NCBI GenBank assembly: GCA_030670545.1
Contig: DAOVBM010000002.1
Location: 4,258-68,257, forward strand
Length of the DNA stretch: 64,000 nucleotides
From: Candidatus Woesearchaeota archaeon
Lineage (GTDB): Archaea > Nanobdellota > Nanobdellia > Woesearchaeales > JAGLGH01
Direction of reading: 5' to 3'
The translations under genes were made by a program, and so were the position numbers. The notes under the pieces were generated by a model. The model did no database searches. It was not told where the DNA came from and saw only the letters and a program-made list of their open reading frames with translations. This document shows, in pieces, positions 1 to 9,061 of this stretch (position 1 is the stretch's first letter; each line of letters starts with the position of its first letter).

Positions 1-19
1 GGGCAAGACAAAACAAGAG

Positions 20-1033
20 ATGTTCAAGACAGTCTGCAAAAAATGCGAGAGTGAGATAAAGAAAGAATACATAAATTTTGACATAAAAATGATCTGCCCT
101 TATTGCGAAACAGAGAACATAATCCCTCCAGAAATAAAAGAAGATTTCATATCCTGCAAAGGATGCAAAAGAATCCTAAGAAATAATGAAAAAGGTGGGG
201 CACAGCAATGCCAAAAATGCGGGAATAAGGAATTTATCCAAAAATTTGACAACTCATCAATACTTGAGATTGATTCTGTTCTTATATCGTCCAGGCACCT
301 TTACAGGATGGTCTACAGCCTGCACGAGAAATCAGGGCTTGCATCTGTGCCTGTTGACATAGATAAGATACTTGATTTCAAGAGGGAAGATGCAGATCCA
401 AAGATTGTGAAGATAGGGGATACTGTATTCCTTGACACATCAAAATGCAGGCCAAATGAAGCAGGCAAGCTGATACAGGAAGCATTTGATGATGATCCTC
501 TTATTGAAGTGGAAGAGATTGAGCTAAACAAGGAATATGAAACTCCGAGGTCTGCTATACCTCAGGAGTTTTTTCCTCCATGCATAAAAAAGATGCTTAA
601 TGGTATGAAAGATGGAAAAAAGCGCGCCTTGTTTGCGCTTATAAATTTCCTTGACTCTTTGGGATGGGGACATGATGGCATAGAAGATCTGGTAAGAGAA
701 TGGAATGAAAAAAATGAAGAGCCGCTTAGGGAAGTATATATCAAAGGCCAGCTTAAGCATCACAAGCAGAAAAAGAAGCATATGCTGCCGCAGAACTGCA
801 AAAGCTATTATGAGGACCTCCAGGCCTGTTTTCCAGATATGATCTGCAGTAAGATAAAGAATCCTGTGAATTATGCGCATGTCAAAGTGTGGATAAAGAA
901 TAATGATAAGAACAGGAATAAGAAGCTGCCAAGAGAGAAGCCAGACCTGACAAAAGAACAAAAAGAGTTCATGCAAAAGAGAAAGGAAGAAGAGAAAGAG
1001 TTTAAGAAAAAGATGAAGGAAAAGAAGAGTTAA
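20..1033 (+). CDS. Zn-ribbon protein with DNA primase large subunit C-terminal (PriL-CTD, Fe-S) like domain
   Basis: N-terminal CxxC...CxxC ribbons. Central segment FPPCIKKML...KRALFALINFLDSLGW...EDLVREWNEKN...YIKGQL matches the conserved FPxCM...LFL...G...E..L..W block of eukaryotic/archaeal PriL/PRIM2 CTD. Additional Cys residues (NCKSY, QACFPDMIC) are candidates for 4Fe-4S ligands. Lys-rich tail. Confidence 0.5.
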   Translation: MFKTVCKKCESEIKKEYINFDIKMICPYCETENIIPPEIKEDFISCKGCKRILRNNEKGGAQQCQKCGNKEFIQKFDNSSILEIDSVLISSRHLYRMVYSLHEKSGLASVPVDIDKILDFKREDADPKIVKIGDTVFLDTSKCRPNEAGKLIQEAFDDDPLIEVEEIELNKEYETPRSAIPQEFFPPCIKKMLNGMKDGKKRALFALINFLDSLGWGHDGIEDLVREWNEKNEEPLREVYIKGQLKHHKQKKKHMLPQNCKSYYEDLQACFPDMICSKIKNPVNYAHVKVWIKNNDKNRNKKLPREKPDLTKEQKEFMQKRKEEEKEFKKKMKEKKS

Positions 1034-1104
1034 GGATATTCTACAATATATATGTTTGATTATAAATATCTTTTTATATTGGGAAAGTCTAGGATGGTAA
1101 AAAG

Positions 1105-1629
1105 ATGAAAGTTAAATTAATTATTCTATTCATTGTTCTTATGCTTGTTTGTAGTGGTATTGCTGTTGCTGACCAGAAGGTTGTCAGTAGTGAGAATGAT
1201 TTTACTGCTGGGAGTTTTAGTGGTTTGCAATTGAATCTTGAGCCGACAAGCACTTCATGCAATTATAAGTATACCTCAATTGGTTATGATTATTATACAA
1301 GTGGTCAGCATGGCTGTGATACATGTAATGCTTGTAATAGTATAGGTGCTTGTGATGCAGTACCTATTGATACACCTTGTGGCAGCTGTCAGTATTGCGA
1401 CAACAACGGGCAGTGTAGGATAATGAAGTGGTCTTACGCTGGGTTTGCAACTGGTAAGTGTCGTGTTATAGCGTACGGATCAGTGGCTTGTCTTCCAAGT
1501 ACTGTCGGCACGAAAAGCTATCCTAATCTGGTAACGAATGGTGCGTGTGACGGTGTCTACGCTTCAACAATCGACACTTCACAACCTACTTTTGTCTGTA
1601 GAGCACAATTGTGCGGATATGCTAGTTAA
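1105..1629 (+). CDS. Cys-rich small secreted protein (signal peptide), partner of the downstream PEF-CTERM protein
   Basis: N-terminal hydrophobic signal MKVKLIILFIVLMLVCSGIAVA. About 20 Cys in 150 aa. Ends 4 nt before the next gene. A second such pair occurs at 38718-42478. Confidence 0.6.
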   Translation: MKVKLIILFIVLMLVCSGIAVADQKVVSSENDFTAGSFSGLQLNLEPTSTSCNYKYTSIGYDYYTSGQHGCDTCNACNSIGACDAVPIDTPCGSCQYCDNNGQCRIMKWSYAGFATGKCRVIAYGSVACLPSTVGTKSYPNLVTNGACDGVYASTIDTSQPTFVCRAQLCGYAS

Positions 1630-1632
1630 TAC

Positions 1633-2841
1633 TTGATAAAAATGAACAAAAAAACAATCATCGTAACTTTACTAACCATTTTCTTAGCTAGCTCTGTCTC
1701 TGCATTGAATCTTACGCTTGAGGAAACAGGAGGGATCTATGCAACATCTGGCACTTGGAATTACAACCTGGATTCTGGATATTCTGCTGCTGAATGGCAT
1801 AATATTACATGGGTTGGAGATGAGCCTGTAAATACAAATATCCAGTTCAGGGCAAGGACTGCTGAAGATGAATCTTCATTAAGTTCTGCAACTTGGTCAG
1901 GCTATATTGAAACCTCAGTAATAGCATTAGATATTGGAAACGGCAGGTGGGTAGAAGTTGAGGTTGCTCTTAGCACAACTGATACATCTGTAACGCCAGC
2001 CTTATACAGTTTTACAATAAATTATGTTGAAATGACTGAGCCAACATTTTCCAGTTTTGATGATTCAGATACAACTAACTTATCAGCAGTTGAAAATATA
2101 ACAAATGTAACAAGCATGACACTTGCAGTAATAGGCAAAGGAAAGATCAAATTTCCAGAAAGCATTGAAATAAATGCCTTTGCCCAGGATTATGACATGC
2201 ATATAAAGATAGAAGATGAATTTATCTCTGTTGATACTGCTGCTCTGGATGAAAGCTTTAACACTTCTGCAACTCTTACATTAGAAGGTGTAACCTGTCC
2301 TGTTGCGACAATCACATATCAGGAAGGAACATTTACCTCAAAAGATGATATCATCGCAGGAGGTAGCAATTGTGAATTAGATGGAGTCTGTTCAAACATA
2401 CAATGTACTGGAACAACTCTGACATTTGATGTAGCTCACTTTACAGGATTCGCAGCAGGAGCAGATGCTAATCTTACAACAGAAGCAGAAGCAGGTGTCA
2501 AATTCCCTCTTGATAATATTGAATTCTATGCATGGTATGTTAATTCAACAGATGGAACTCCAATATCAGGAGAATGTGATATTACCTTTGATGACGACTG
2601 GAATTCTGCATTCACTATGGATTACAATGGTTCAGAATATAATTATACAAAGTCATTTGCTACATCTGGGATGCATGAATACAATGTGACATGCTCATCT
2701 GCAAACTTTGTGACATTAGAAGCGAATGATACAAAGCTGGTAAGCAGCGTTGATATACCTGAGTTTAGTTTATTAACATTAGGATTAGGATTGATTGCTG
2801 TGTTGATAGGATTGTTTGTAATTAGAAAGAAAAAATCATAA
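1633..2841 (+). CDS. PEF-CTERM sorting-signal cell-surface protein (putative archaeosortase substrate), N-glycosylation sequon rich
   Basis: Signal peptide. C-terminus is IPEFSLLTLGLGLIAVLIGLFVIRKKKS, i.e. a PEF motif, then a TM helix, then a basic tail. Shares a ~60-aa pre-anchor module and a CSNIQCTGTTLTFDV motif with the 21128-24529 and 39515-42478 proteins. Confidence 0.75.
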   Translation: MIKMNKKTIIVTLLTIFLASSVSALNLTLEETGGIYATSGTWNYNLDSGYSAAEWHNITWVGDEPVNTNIQFRARTAEDESSLSSATWSGYIETSVIALDIGNGRWVEVEVALSTTDTSVTPALYSFTINYVEMTEPTFSSFDDSDTTNLSAVENITNVTSMTLAVIGKGKIKFPESIEINAFAQDYDMHIKIEDEFISVDTAALDESFNTSATLTLEGVTCPVATITYQEGTFTSKDDIIAGGSNCELDGVCSNIQCTGTTLTFDVAHFTGFAAGADANLTTEAEAGVKFPLDNIEFYAWYVNSTDGTPISGECDITFDDDWNSAFTMDYNGSEYNYTKSFATSGMHEYNVTCSSANFVTLEANDTKLVSSVDIPEFSLLTLGLGLIAVLIGLFVIRKKKS

Positions 2842-2899
2842 TTCAATCAGATTTTCTGACAAATACAATAACAAGTAGCTTTGTTTTTTAGCATATCCT

Positions 2900-2952
2900 G
2901 TTACATAAAAACGTAACATTTATATATTATATGTTACTTTCTACTGTAACAT
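2900..2952 (+). promoter_or_regulatory. Promoter with TATA box (~2919-2927) flanked by two GTTAC-N8-GTAAC inverted repeats, the second overlapping the ATG
   Basis: GTTACataaaaacGTAAC (2900-2917), tttatata TATA, ATGTTACtttctactGTAACAT (2931-2952, a perfect 7-bp inverted repeat spanning the start codon at 2951). Confidence 0.45.
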
Positions 2953-4234
2953 GATTATTGAGATACTCACAGAATGGAATCCATGGTGGGAAAAGAAGGA
3001 ATTAATTCATGAGATAAAAGGCAGGCAAAGGCCTCACTATGATGATTTAATTGATTCTATTGGGATAAGGGAGATAACAATCATAACTGGCATCAGAAGG
3101 TCAGGAAAAAGCACTTTGATGTACCAGATGGTTGACAGCTTATTAACCAGGGGAATTTCTCCTGAGCAAATCTTATTTGTAAATCTGGAAGATAAGAAAC
3201 TGATAAAATCCAATCTGGATGAGATTTATAACTCATACAGGGGACGCCTGAATCCTGATAAGAAGGCATTCATATTCCTTGATGAAGTTCACAGGAAAAA
3301 AGGCTGGGAAGCATGGATTCGGAAAAAATACGACTTAAAAACCAATGATAAGTTTGTGATATCAGGATCCAGCTCTTATTTATTAAAAAAGGAGTATGCC
3401 ACTCTTTTAACAGGCAGAAATTTGACATTTGATGTTTTTCCACTTTCCTTTAAGGAATATCTGCTTTTTGCAAACCTATCCCCAGAACAAGCCAAACTAA
3501 AAAAGGGCATAATCCTTGATAGGACAAAACATCTAATCCTGAAACATCTAAGAAAATACCTTACTCAAGGGGGTTTTCCTGAAATTTTCTTTAAGGAGGA
3601 AAGATACAAGACACAAATTCTTGAACAGTATTTTGATGATATCCTATATAAGGATATTATTGACAGGTACAACTTAAACAGCCAGAAGGCAAAAGATTTA
3701 GCATTGTTCCTTATGACAAATTTTACAGGCATAATCTCGCTAAGAAATTTAAGGAAATCTTTAGGGATGTCTTATGATACTATTAAAGATTACCTGTCTT
3801 ACTACAAAGAAGCATTTCTTTTCTTTACATTGGACCATTTCTCTTATTCTTTTAAGGAGCAAAAAACACTTGCTTCAAAGATATACTGCATAGATGATGG
3901 GCTAAGGAATGCTGTGTCTTTCAAATTCTCAAAAGATGAAGGGAAACTGGCAGAGAACCTTGTATTTATAGAACTGAAAAGAAGAGGAAAAGAGGCATAT
4001 TACTGGCAAAGCAAAGGGGAAGTGGATTTTATTGTTAAAAACAAGGATAATTCACTGACTGCAATAAATGTCACATATGCAGATGAGATAAACGACAGGG
4101 AGACAAAGGCGCTGATTGAGTTCAAAAAGGAATTCAAAAAAACAAAAGAGCTTATACTGCTGACAAGGGATACAGAAAAAAGGCAGCAGGGTATTAGGTT
4201 TATTCCTTTGTGGAAGTATTTACTCAGAGAGTAA
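2951..4234 (+). CDS. AAA+ ATPase of the COG1373 family (ATPase domain + DUF4143-like C-terminal domain)
   Basis: Walker A GIRRSGKSTLMYQM, Walker B FIFLDEVH. Length and architecture are typical of archaeal COG1373 proteins. Confidence 0.7.
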   Translation: MIIEILTEWNPWWEKKELIHEIKGRQRPHYDDLIDSIGIREITIITGIRRSGKSTLMYQMVDSLLTRGISPEQILFVNLEDKKLIKSNLDEIYNSYRGRLNPDKKAFIFLDEVHRKKGWEAWIRKKYDLKTNDKFVISGSSSYLLKKEYATLLTGRNLTFDVFPLSFKEYLLFANLSPEQAKLKKGIILDRTKHLILKHLRKYLTQGGFPEIFFKEERYKTQILEQYFDDILYKDIIDRYNLNSQKAKDLALFLMTNFTGIISLRNLRKSLGMSYDTIKDYLSYYKEAFLFFTLDHFSYSFKEQKTLASKIYCIDDGLRNAVSFKFSKDEGKLAENLVFIELKRRGKEAYYWQSKGEVDFIVKNKDNSLTAINVTYADEINDRETKALIEFKKEFKKTKELILLTRDTEKRQQGIRFIPLWKYLLRE

Positions 4235-4853
4235 ATGCTTAAAAATAGTGATTATCTCTTAAAAATCTTTTCTATGTCTGCCAGGTCAAATAGTATAACT
4301 CCATCTCCTTTTATCTTTTCTTTAAAGGATCTTGCGAATATTGCATAATATTCTTTTCTGTTCTTATTATTCCATCTCTTCCAGTTCCTCTTTCCTGTTG
4401 TAAAATTTCATTTCCTTTCTTCTGGCTGTACTTTGATTATATTTATAATGATTATTTTTATAATCATTCTATAATCATTCTATATTGGTTAGTGGATGCA
4501 GCAGCTACGCCTCATTGGTGAAAGAACTGGCTGGACTGTTTGTAATCCTAAGAACTAAATAAAATCATATATTCAAATGTTTCTTTTTAATTTTGTTCTG
4601 ATTTACCCGCATTATTACTCATTCTTTCCTTGTACAACTTCCAAATACTGAAAATATAATCCAAATCAGAAAGCTTTATAAATGCTGCATAACCCCCACA
4701 CATATTGCAATGTACATCTAACTGAGCTTAAATGTGCAATAAACAAGCCTGAAAAGAAACTTTTTCAGTACAGTTTAATTAATAAGACTGTTTCTAGGGT
4801 AAAGTTTCTCAATAGGCGTTTGTTAAATAAAATAAAGCATATAAGATAAGAGA

Positions 4854-5837
4854 ATGGGAAAAACAGGATCACCAAGGCATGGAAGCCTACAATACTGGCC
4901 GCATAAAAGGTCAAAGAGGCAATATCCTAGAGTCAGATCCCAGACTACAGTTAAAGACACAAAGATTTTAGGGTTTGCAGGATATAAAGCCGGCATGACT
5001 CATATTCTGTTTACTGACAACTCACCAAATTCCCTGACAAAAGGAACAGATATCAGTTGTCCTGTGACTGTGATTGAGTGCCCGCCACTCAAGGTTGCTT
5101 CTGTCAGATTCTATAAACAAAAAACAACAAATCTCGTTCTTCTCACTGAAATCCTATCTGAAAAGATGGATAAGGAACTTTCACGTAAAATCGTGCTGCC
5201 AAAGAAGGTCAGCAAGAAATTTGAAGATATAACTGATTTCGATGAGATAAGGCTTCTTGTATATACACAGCCAAAGCTTACAGGAATAGGAAAAAAGAAG
5301 CCGGAGATCTTTGAAGTTGGAATAGGAGGATCAAAAGAAGATGCTCTTGTTTATGCAAAAGAAAAGCTGGGAAAGGAGATATCAATTGAAGATGTCTTTA
5401 CAGAAGGCCAGCAATTTGATGCTCATTCAGTAACAAAAGGAAAAGGATACCAGGGAGCTGTAAAGCGATTTGGAGTAAACCTAAGAAGCCACAAATCAGA
5501 AAAGACCAAAAGGGGCGTAGGATCCTTGGGCCCATGGTGCGGACAGGCGCATATTATGTGGAAGATTCCTGCAGCAGGAAAGCATGGATATTTCGTAAGG
5601 ACAGAACATAATAAACGGCTGCTAAAGATTGGAAACGAGCCAAAAGAGATAAACCTTAAAGGTGGTTTTCTCAGGTATGGCATTATAAAGAGTAATTATA
5701 TACTGATGAAAGGCAGTGTTCCAGGTTCAGTTAAGAGGCTTATAAGGATGAACTTTCCTTCAAGGCCTAACAGGAAGATACCTTCAAAGGCTCCAGAAAT
5801 AACATACACAAGCCTTGAATCACCGCAGGGCAAATGA
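4854..5837 (+). CDS. rpl3: 50S ribosomal protein uL3
   Basis: MGKTGSPRHGSLQYWPHKRSKR N-terminus and length are typical of archaeal L3. First gene of the conserved cluster. Confidence 0.9.
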   Translation: MGKTGSPRHGSLQYWPHKRSKRQYPRVRSQTTVKDTKILGFAGYKAGMTHILFTDNSPNSLTKGTDISCPVTVIECPPLKVASVRFYKQKTTNLVLLTEILSEKMDKELSRKIVLPKKVSKKFEDITDFDEIRLLVYTQPKLTGIGKKKPEIFEVGIGGSKEDALVYAKEKLGKEISIEDVFTEGQQFDAHSVTKGKGYQGAVKRFGVNLRSHKSEKTKRGVGSLGPWCGQAHIMWKIPAAGKHGYFVRTEHNKRLLKIGNEPKEINLKGGFLRYGIIKSNYILMKGSVPGSVKRLIRMNFPSRPNRKIPSKAPEITYTSLESPQGK

Positions 5838-6841
5838 AAATGAAACTTAATGTATTATCAGCAAAAAATGTAGAAGTCAGAAAGATTGACATGCCTGGCC
5901 AGTTCAATGAGCCTGTAAGGCCTGACCTTATCAAAAGGGCTGTAAAGGCGATTGAATCGCATAACAGGCAGGCTTATGGAAGCGACCCGAGAGCAGGGAT
6001 GAGGCATTCTTCATTTGTATCAAAAAGAAGAAACAAGTATAAAACCACATATGGTATAGGCCAGTCCAGGACTCCCAGGAAAGTAATGTCAAGCAGAGGA
6101 ACAAGGTTCAACTGGGTAGGAGCTACTGCTCCACAGACAGTTGGCGGAAGAAGAGCGCATCCTCCAAAAGCAGAAAAGATCTGGAGCCAGAAGATAAACA
6201 AGAAAGAGAACAGGAAAGCGATAAGAAGCGCAATCAGCGCAGCAATGATAAAAGATCTTGCAGATGTAAGAGGCCATAAGGTGCCTGATAATTACCCATT
6301 CATAGTCGAATCGTGCATAGAGGATATATCCTTGACAAAAGAAGCTATTGAGATGCTTGAGAAGATTGGTATAGCAGAAGATCTTGAAAGGTCTGCAGTC
6401 AAGAAAATCAGAGCTGGAAAAGGAAAAGCAAGAGGAAGGAAATACAGGCACAGGATAGGACCTCTATTAGTAGTATCAGAAGAAGAGTGCGCTGCCATGA
6501 AATCATTCAGCAATATACCTGGTGTTGATGTTGAGGTTGCGCATAAGCTTAACGCCCGAATCCTGGCTCCTGGATGCGTGCCTGGAAGACTGACTATATT
6601 CACAGAAAAAGCAGTTGCAAGGATTGGCGATGAAAAGCTGTTCACAGAAGACGTTAAGCTCAAGGCAGCAGAAGAGAAGAAAAAGATAAAGCCAAAGAAA
6701 GAAGCGAAAAAAGAAGAAGCAAAACCCAAAACTGCTGTCAAACCAGAAGTGAAAACGTTAAAAAAAGAAACACAGGTAAAAGAAAAAAAGAATACTGCTA
6801 AGGAAGACATTAAAGAAAACAAAACTGCAAAAAAGGATTGA
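5834..6841 (+). CDS. rpl4: 50S ribosomal protein uL4 (L4/L1e) with Lys-rich C-terminal extension
   Basis: Follows L3 with a 4-nt overlap. The motif VRPDLIKRAV...QAYGSDPRAGM is L4-like. The ~60-aa tail is KKKIKPKKEAKKEEAKPK. Confidence 0.85.
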   Translation: MKMKLNVLSAKNVEVRKIDMPGQFNEPVRPDLIKRAVKAIESHNRQAYGSDPRAGMRHSSFVSKRRNKYKTTYGIGQSRTPRKVMSSRGTRFNWVGATAPQTVGGRRAHPPKAEKIWSQKINKKENRKAIRSAISAAMIKDLADVRGHKVPDNYPFIVESCIEDISLTKEAIEMLEKIGIAEDLERSAVKKIRAGKGKARGRKYRHRIGPLLVVSEEECAAMKSFSNIPGVDVEVAHKLNARILAPGCVPGRLTIFTEKAVARIGDEKLFTEDVKLKAAEEKKKIKPKKEAKKEEAKPKTAVKPEVKTLKKETQVKEKKNTAKEDIKENKTAKKD

Positions 6842-6850
6842 TGATCAAAA

Positions 6851-7114
6851 ATGGACACACAGGACATAATAAAATTTCCCTTATCAACTGAAAAAGCGAT
6901 AAGGCTTATGGAATCAGAGAACAAGCTTGTCTTTGTAGTGGACATAAAAGCAAAAAGGCCTGAGATAAAGCAGGCTATTGAAGATGCTTTCAAAGTAAAG
7001 GTCACAAAGGTAAACACACTTATCGCGCCAGATGGAAAGAAAAGGGCGTATATTAAGATTAGCTACGATACTCCAGCTATAGATGTCGCAACAAAGCTGG
7101 GCATAATGGGATAG
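6851..7114 (+). CDS. rpl23: 50S ribosomal protein uL23
   Basis: Position between L4 and L2, 87 aa, IKFPLSTEKA...VFVVD motif. Confidence 0.85.
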   Translation: MDTQDIIKFPLSTEKAIRLMESENKLVFVVDIKAKRPEIKQAIEDAFKVKVTKVNTLIAPDGKKRAYIKISYDTPAIDVATKLGIMG

Positions 7115-7123
7115 TGAAACAAG

Positions 7124-7843
7124 ATGGGAAAGAATCTAGTTCAACAGGCAAGGGGAAAAGGCGGTCCAAGATACAGGGCGCCAAGCTTCAGGTACAAGGG
7201 AAGCGCAAGACACAAATCATACACAGACCCTGAAAAGAATGTAAAAGGAGTTATAATCGATTTTATCAAATGCCCTGGCCATACAACACCTCTTGCATGC
7301 ATAGAATATGAAGACAAAGAAATGAACCTTATGCTTGCTGGAGAAGGCATGAAAGTAGGAGATATCGTGACATATGGCAATAATGCTGAGCCTGATGCAG
7401 GAAACACTCTTGCCCTTGGCTCAATCCCTGGAGGCACACTCATATTTAATATAGAATCACAGCCTGGAGACGGCGGAAAGTTTGTAAGAAGCTCTGGAGC
7501 ATTCGCAAAAGTGCTGACACATACACAGAATACTGTTGTGATCATGCTTCCTTCAAAAAAACAGAAGAATTTCAGCGCAGGATGCAGGGCATGCATCGGT
7601 GTGCTTGCAGGAGGAGGAAGAACAGACAAGCCAATACTCAAAGCAGGTAAGCGGCATCATATGATGAAAGCAAAGAATAAGCTTTACCCTATTGTATCAG
7701 GCTCTGCGCAAAACGCTGTTGATCATCCATTCGGAAACAAGAGGACAGCCAGGAAGTCCAAGGCAAAGCCGACTTCAAAGCATGCGCCTCCTGGAAGGAA
7801 AGTGGGAATGGTTGGAGCAAGAAGGACTGGCAGGAAGAAATAG
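7124..7843 (+). CDS. rpl2: 50S ribosomal protein uL2
   Basis: GKNLVQQARGKGGP...GNTLALGSIPGGTLIFNIE...GGGRTDKP are classic L2 motifs. Confidence 0.9.
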   Translation: MGKNLVQQARGKGGPRYRAPSFRYKGSARHKSYTDPEKNVKGVIIDFIKCPGHTTPLACIEYEDKEMNLMLAGEGMKVGDIVTYGNNAEPDAGNTLALGSIPGGTLIFNIESQPGDGGKFVRSSGAFAKVLTHTQNTVVIMLPSKKQKNFSAGCRACIGVLAGGGRTDKPILKAGKRHHMMKAKNKLYPIVSGSAQNAVDHPFGNKRTARKSKAKPTSKHAPPGRKVGMVGARRTGRKK

Positions 7844-7854
7844 GAAGAAATAAA

Positions 7855-8235
7855 ATGGCAAAAAAAGAATTCACATATCGAGGAAAAAAGATAGAAGAGC
7901 TGAAAGAGATGGGTCTCAGCAAATTCATGGAGCTTTTGCCTTCAAAAGAGAGAAGGAAGATCAAAAGAGGATTCACAGAACAGGAAAAGATACTGCTTAA
8001 TAATCTTAAATCAAAGGATTCAGTCAAGACACACTGCAGGGACCTGGTAATAATCCCAGAGATGGTGGGAAAGGTCATCAGTATATTTAATGGCAAGACA
8101 TTTGAGGTTCTCAGGGTAGAGCCAGACATGCTTGGCCACAGGCTTGGCGAATTTTCAATAACAAGGAAAAAGCTTGCGCATTCAGCTCCAGGAATAGGGG
8201 CTACAAAATCAAGTGCAAGCGTATCTGTCAAATAA
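7855..8235 (+). CDS. rps19: 30S ribosomal protein uS19
   Basis: FTYRGKKIEEL...NGKTFEVLRVEPDMLGHRLGEFSITRK is the S19 signature. Confidence 0.9.
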   Translation: MAKKEFTYRGKKIEELKEMGLSKFMELLPSKERRKIKRGFTEQEKILLNNLKSKDSVKTHCRDLVIIPEMVGKVISIFNGKTFEVLRVEPDMLGHRLGEFSITRKKLAHSAPGIGATKSSASVSVK

Positions 8236-8254
8236 ATGAACGTGGAAACATACA

Positions 8255-9061
8255 ATGGATCATAAATACTCATTCCAGAAATTTAACAATGAAACCATGG
8301 CAAGAGCTGTTGGAAGAAGCATGCCTATATCAGTAAAGCATAGTGTAGAAGTCGCTAATGCAATAAGGGGTATGTCTGTATCAAAAGCAAAGAAATACCT
8401 TGAAGAGGTTATGGAATTGAAGCAGCCTGTAACATACAGGAGATTTAATGACAATCTGGGCCACAAGAAAAAAATAGGGCCAGGAAGGTTCCCAATAAAG
8501 ACAGCCAAGTATTTCCTTGGAATACTTAAGCTTGCTGAGTCTAATGCATTATTTAAGGGGCTAAGCGCGCAGGATCTTGTCATTGTGCATGTAAACGCGA
8601 ATAAATCTGCTGGCCAGTGGCACTTCGGAAGAAAGAGGCGAAGACAATTCAAAAGCAGCCACCTGGAAATTGTAGTCGAAGAATTTGTTGAAAAGAAGAA
8701 AAAGGCAGAGCCTAAAAAAGAAGTGAAGAAAGAGAAAGAAGGACCAGCTACAGCCAAGACAGAAGCAAAACCTGCTGCTGCAAAAACAGAGATAAAAGCA
8801 GAATCCGGAAAAAAAGAAAAAGAAGAGCCAAAAGCCAAGCCAGCGCAGCAAAATCCAGAAAAAGCTGAGAAGAGCCAAGCCAAAAAAGAAGAGAACGAAA
8901 AACAAGAAAAGCCTAAGGCCAAGCAAGACGATCTAAAAGAGACCTCACAATCACCAAAGCAGAATAATAATACTCTTAAGGAAGAAAAAGATATGAAGGA
9001 AGAAAAGGAAGTAAAAAAAGAAGAGAGTGCAAAAAAACAAGAGGATATAAAAAATGATTGA
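8255..9061 (+). CDS. rpl22: 50S ribosomal protein uL22 with ~120-aa Lys/Glu-rich C-terminal extension
   Basis: N-terminal ~150 aa match L22 (ARAVGRSMPISVKHSVEVANAIRGM...). The tail is KKKAEPKKEVKKEKE... Confidence 0.8.
   Translation: MDHKYSFQKFNNETMARAVGRSMPISVKHSVEVANAIRGMSVSKAKKYLEEVMELKQPVTYRRFNDNLGHKKKIGPGRFPIKTAKYFLGILKLAESNALFKGLSAQDLVIVHVNANKSAGQWHFGRKRRRQFKSSHLEIVVEEFVEKKKKAEPKKEVKKEKEGPATAKTEAKPAAAKTEIKAESGKKEKEEPKAKPAQQNPEKAEKSQAKKEENEKQEKPKAKQDDLKETSQSPKQNNNTLKEEKDMKEEKEVKKEESAKKQEDIKND

Noticed and set aside
313-976. Antisense ORFs inside the PriL-like gene (313-531-, 524-976-, 562-744-)
   Set aside because: They overlap a longer ORF with recognisable motifs on the opposite strand. 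Their low-complexity translations are typical of spurious antisense frames.
4237-4853. tRNA or other RNA gene in the long gap upstream of rpl3
   Set aside because: No cloverleaf-compatible segment was found by eye (no GTTCRANYC T-loop, no acceptor-stem complementarity). This cannot be excluded without a tRNAscan or Infernal run.
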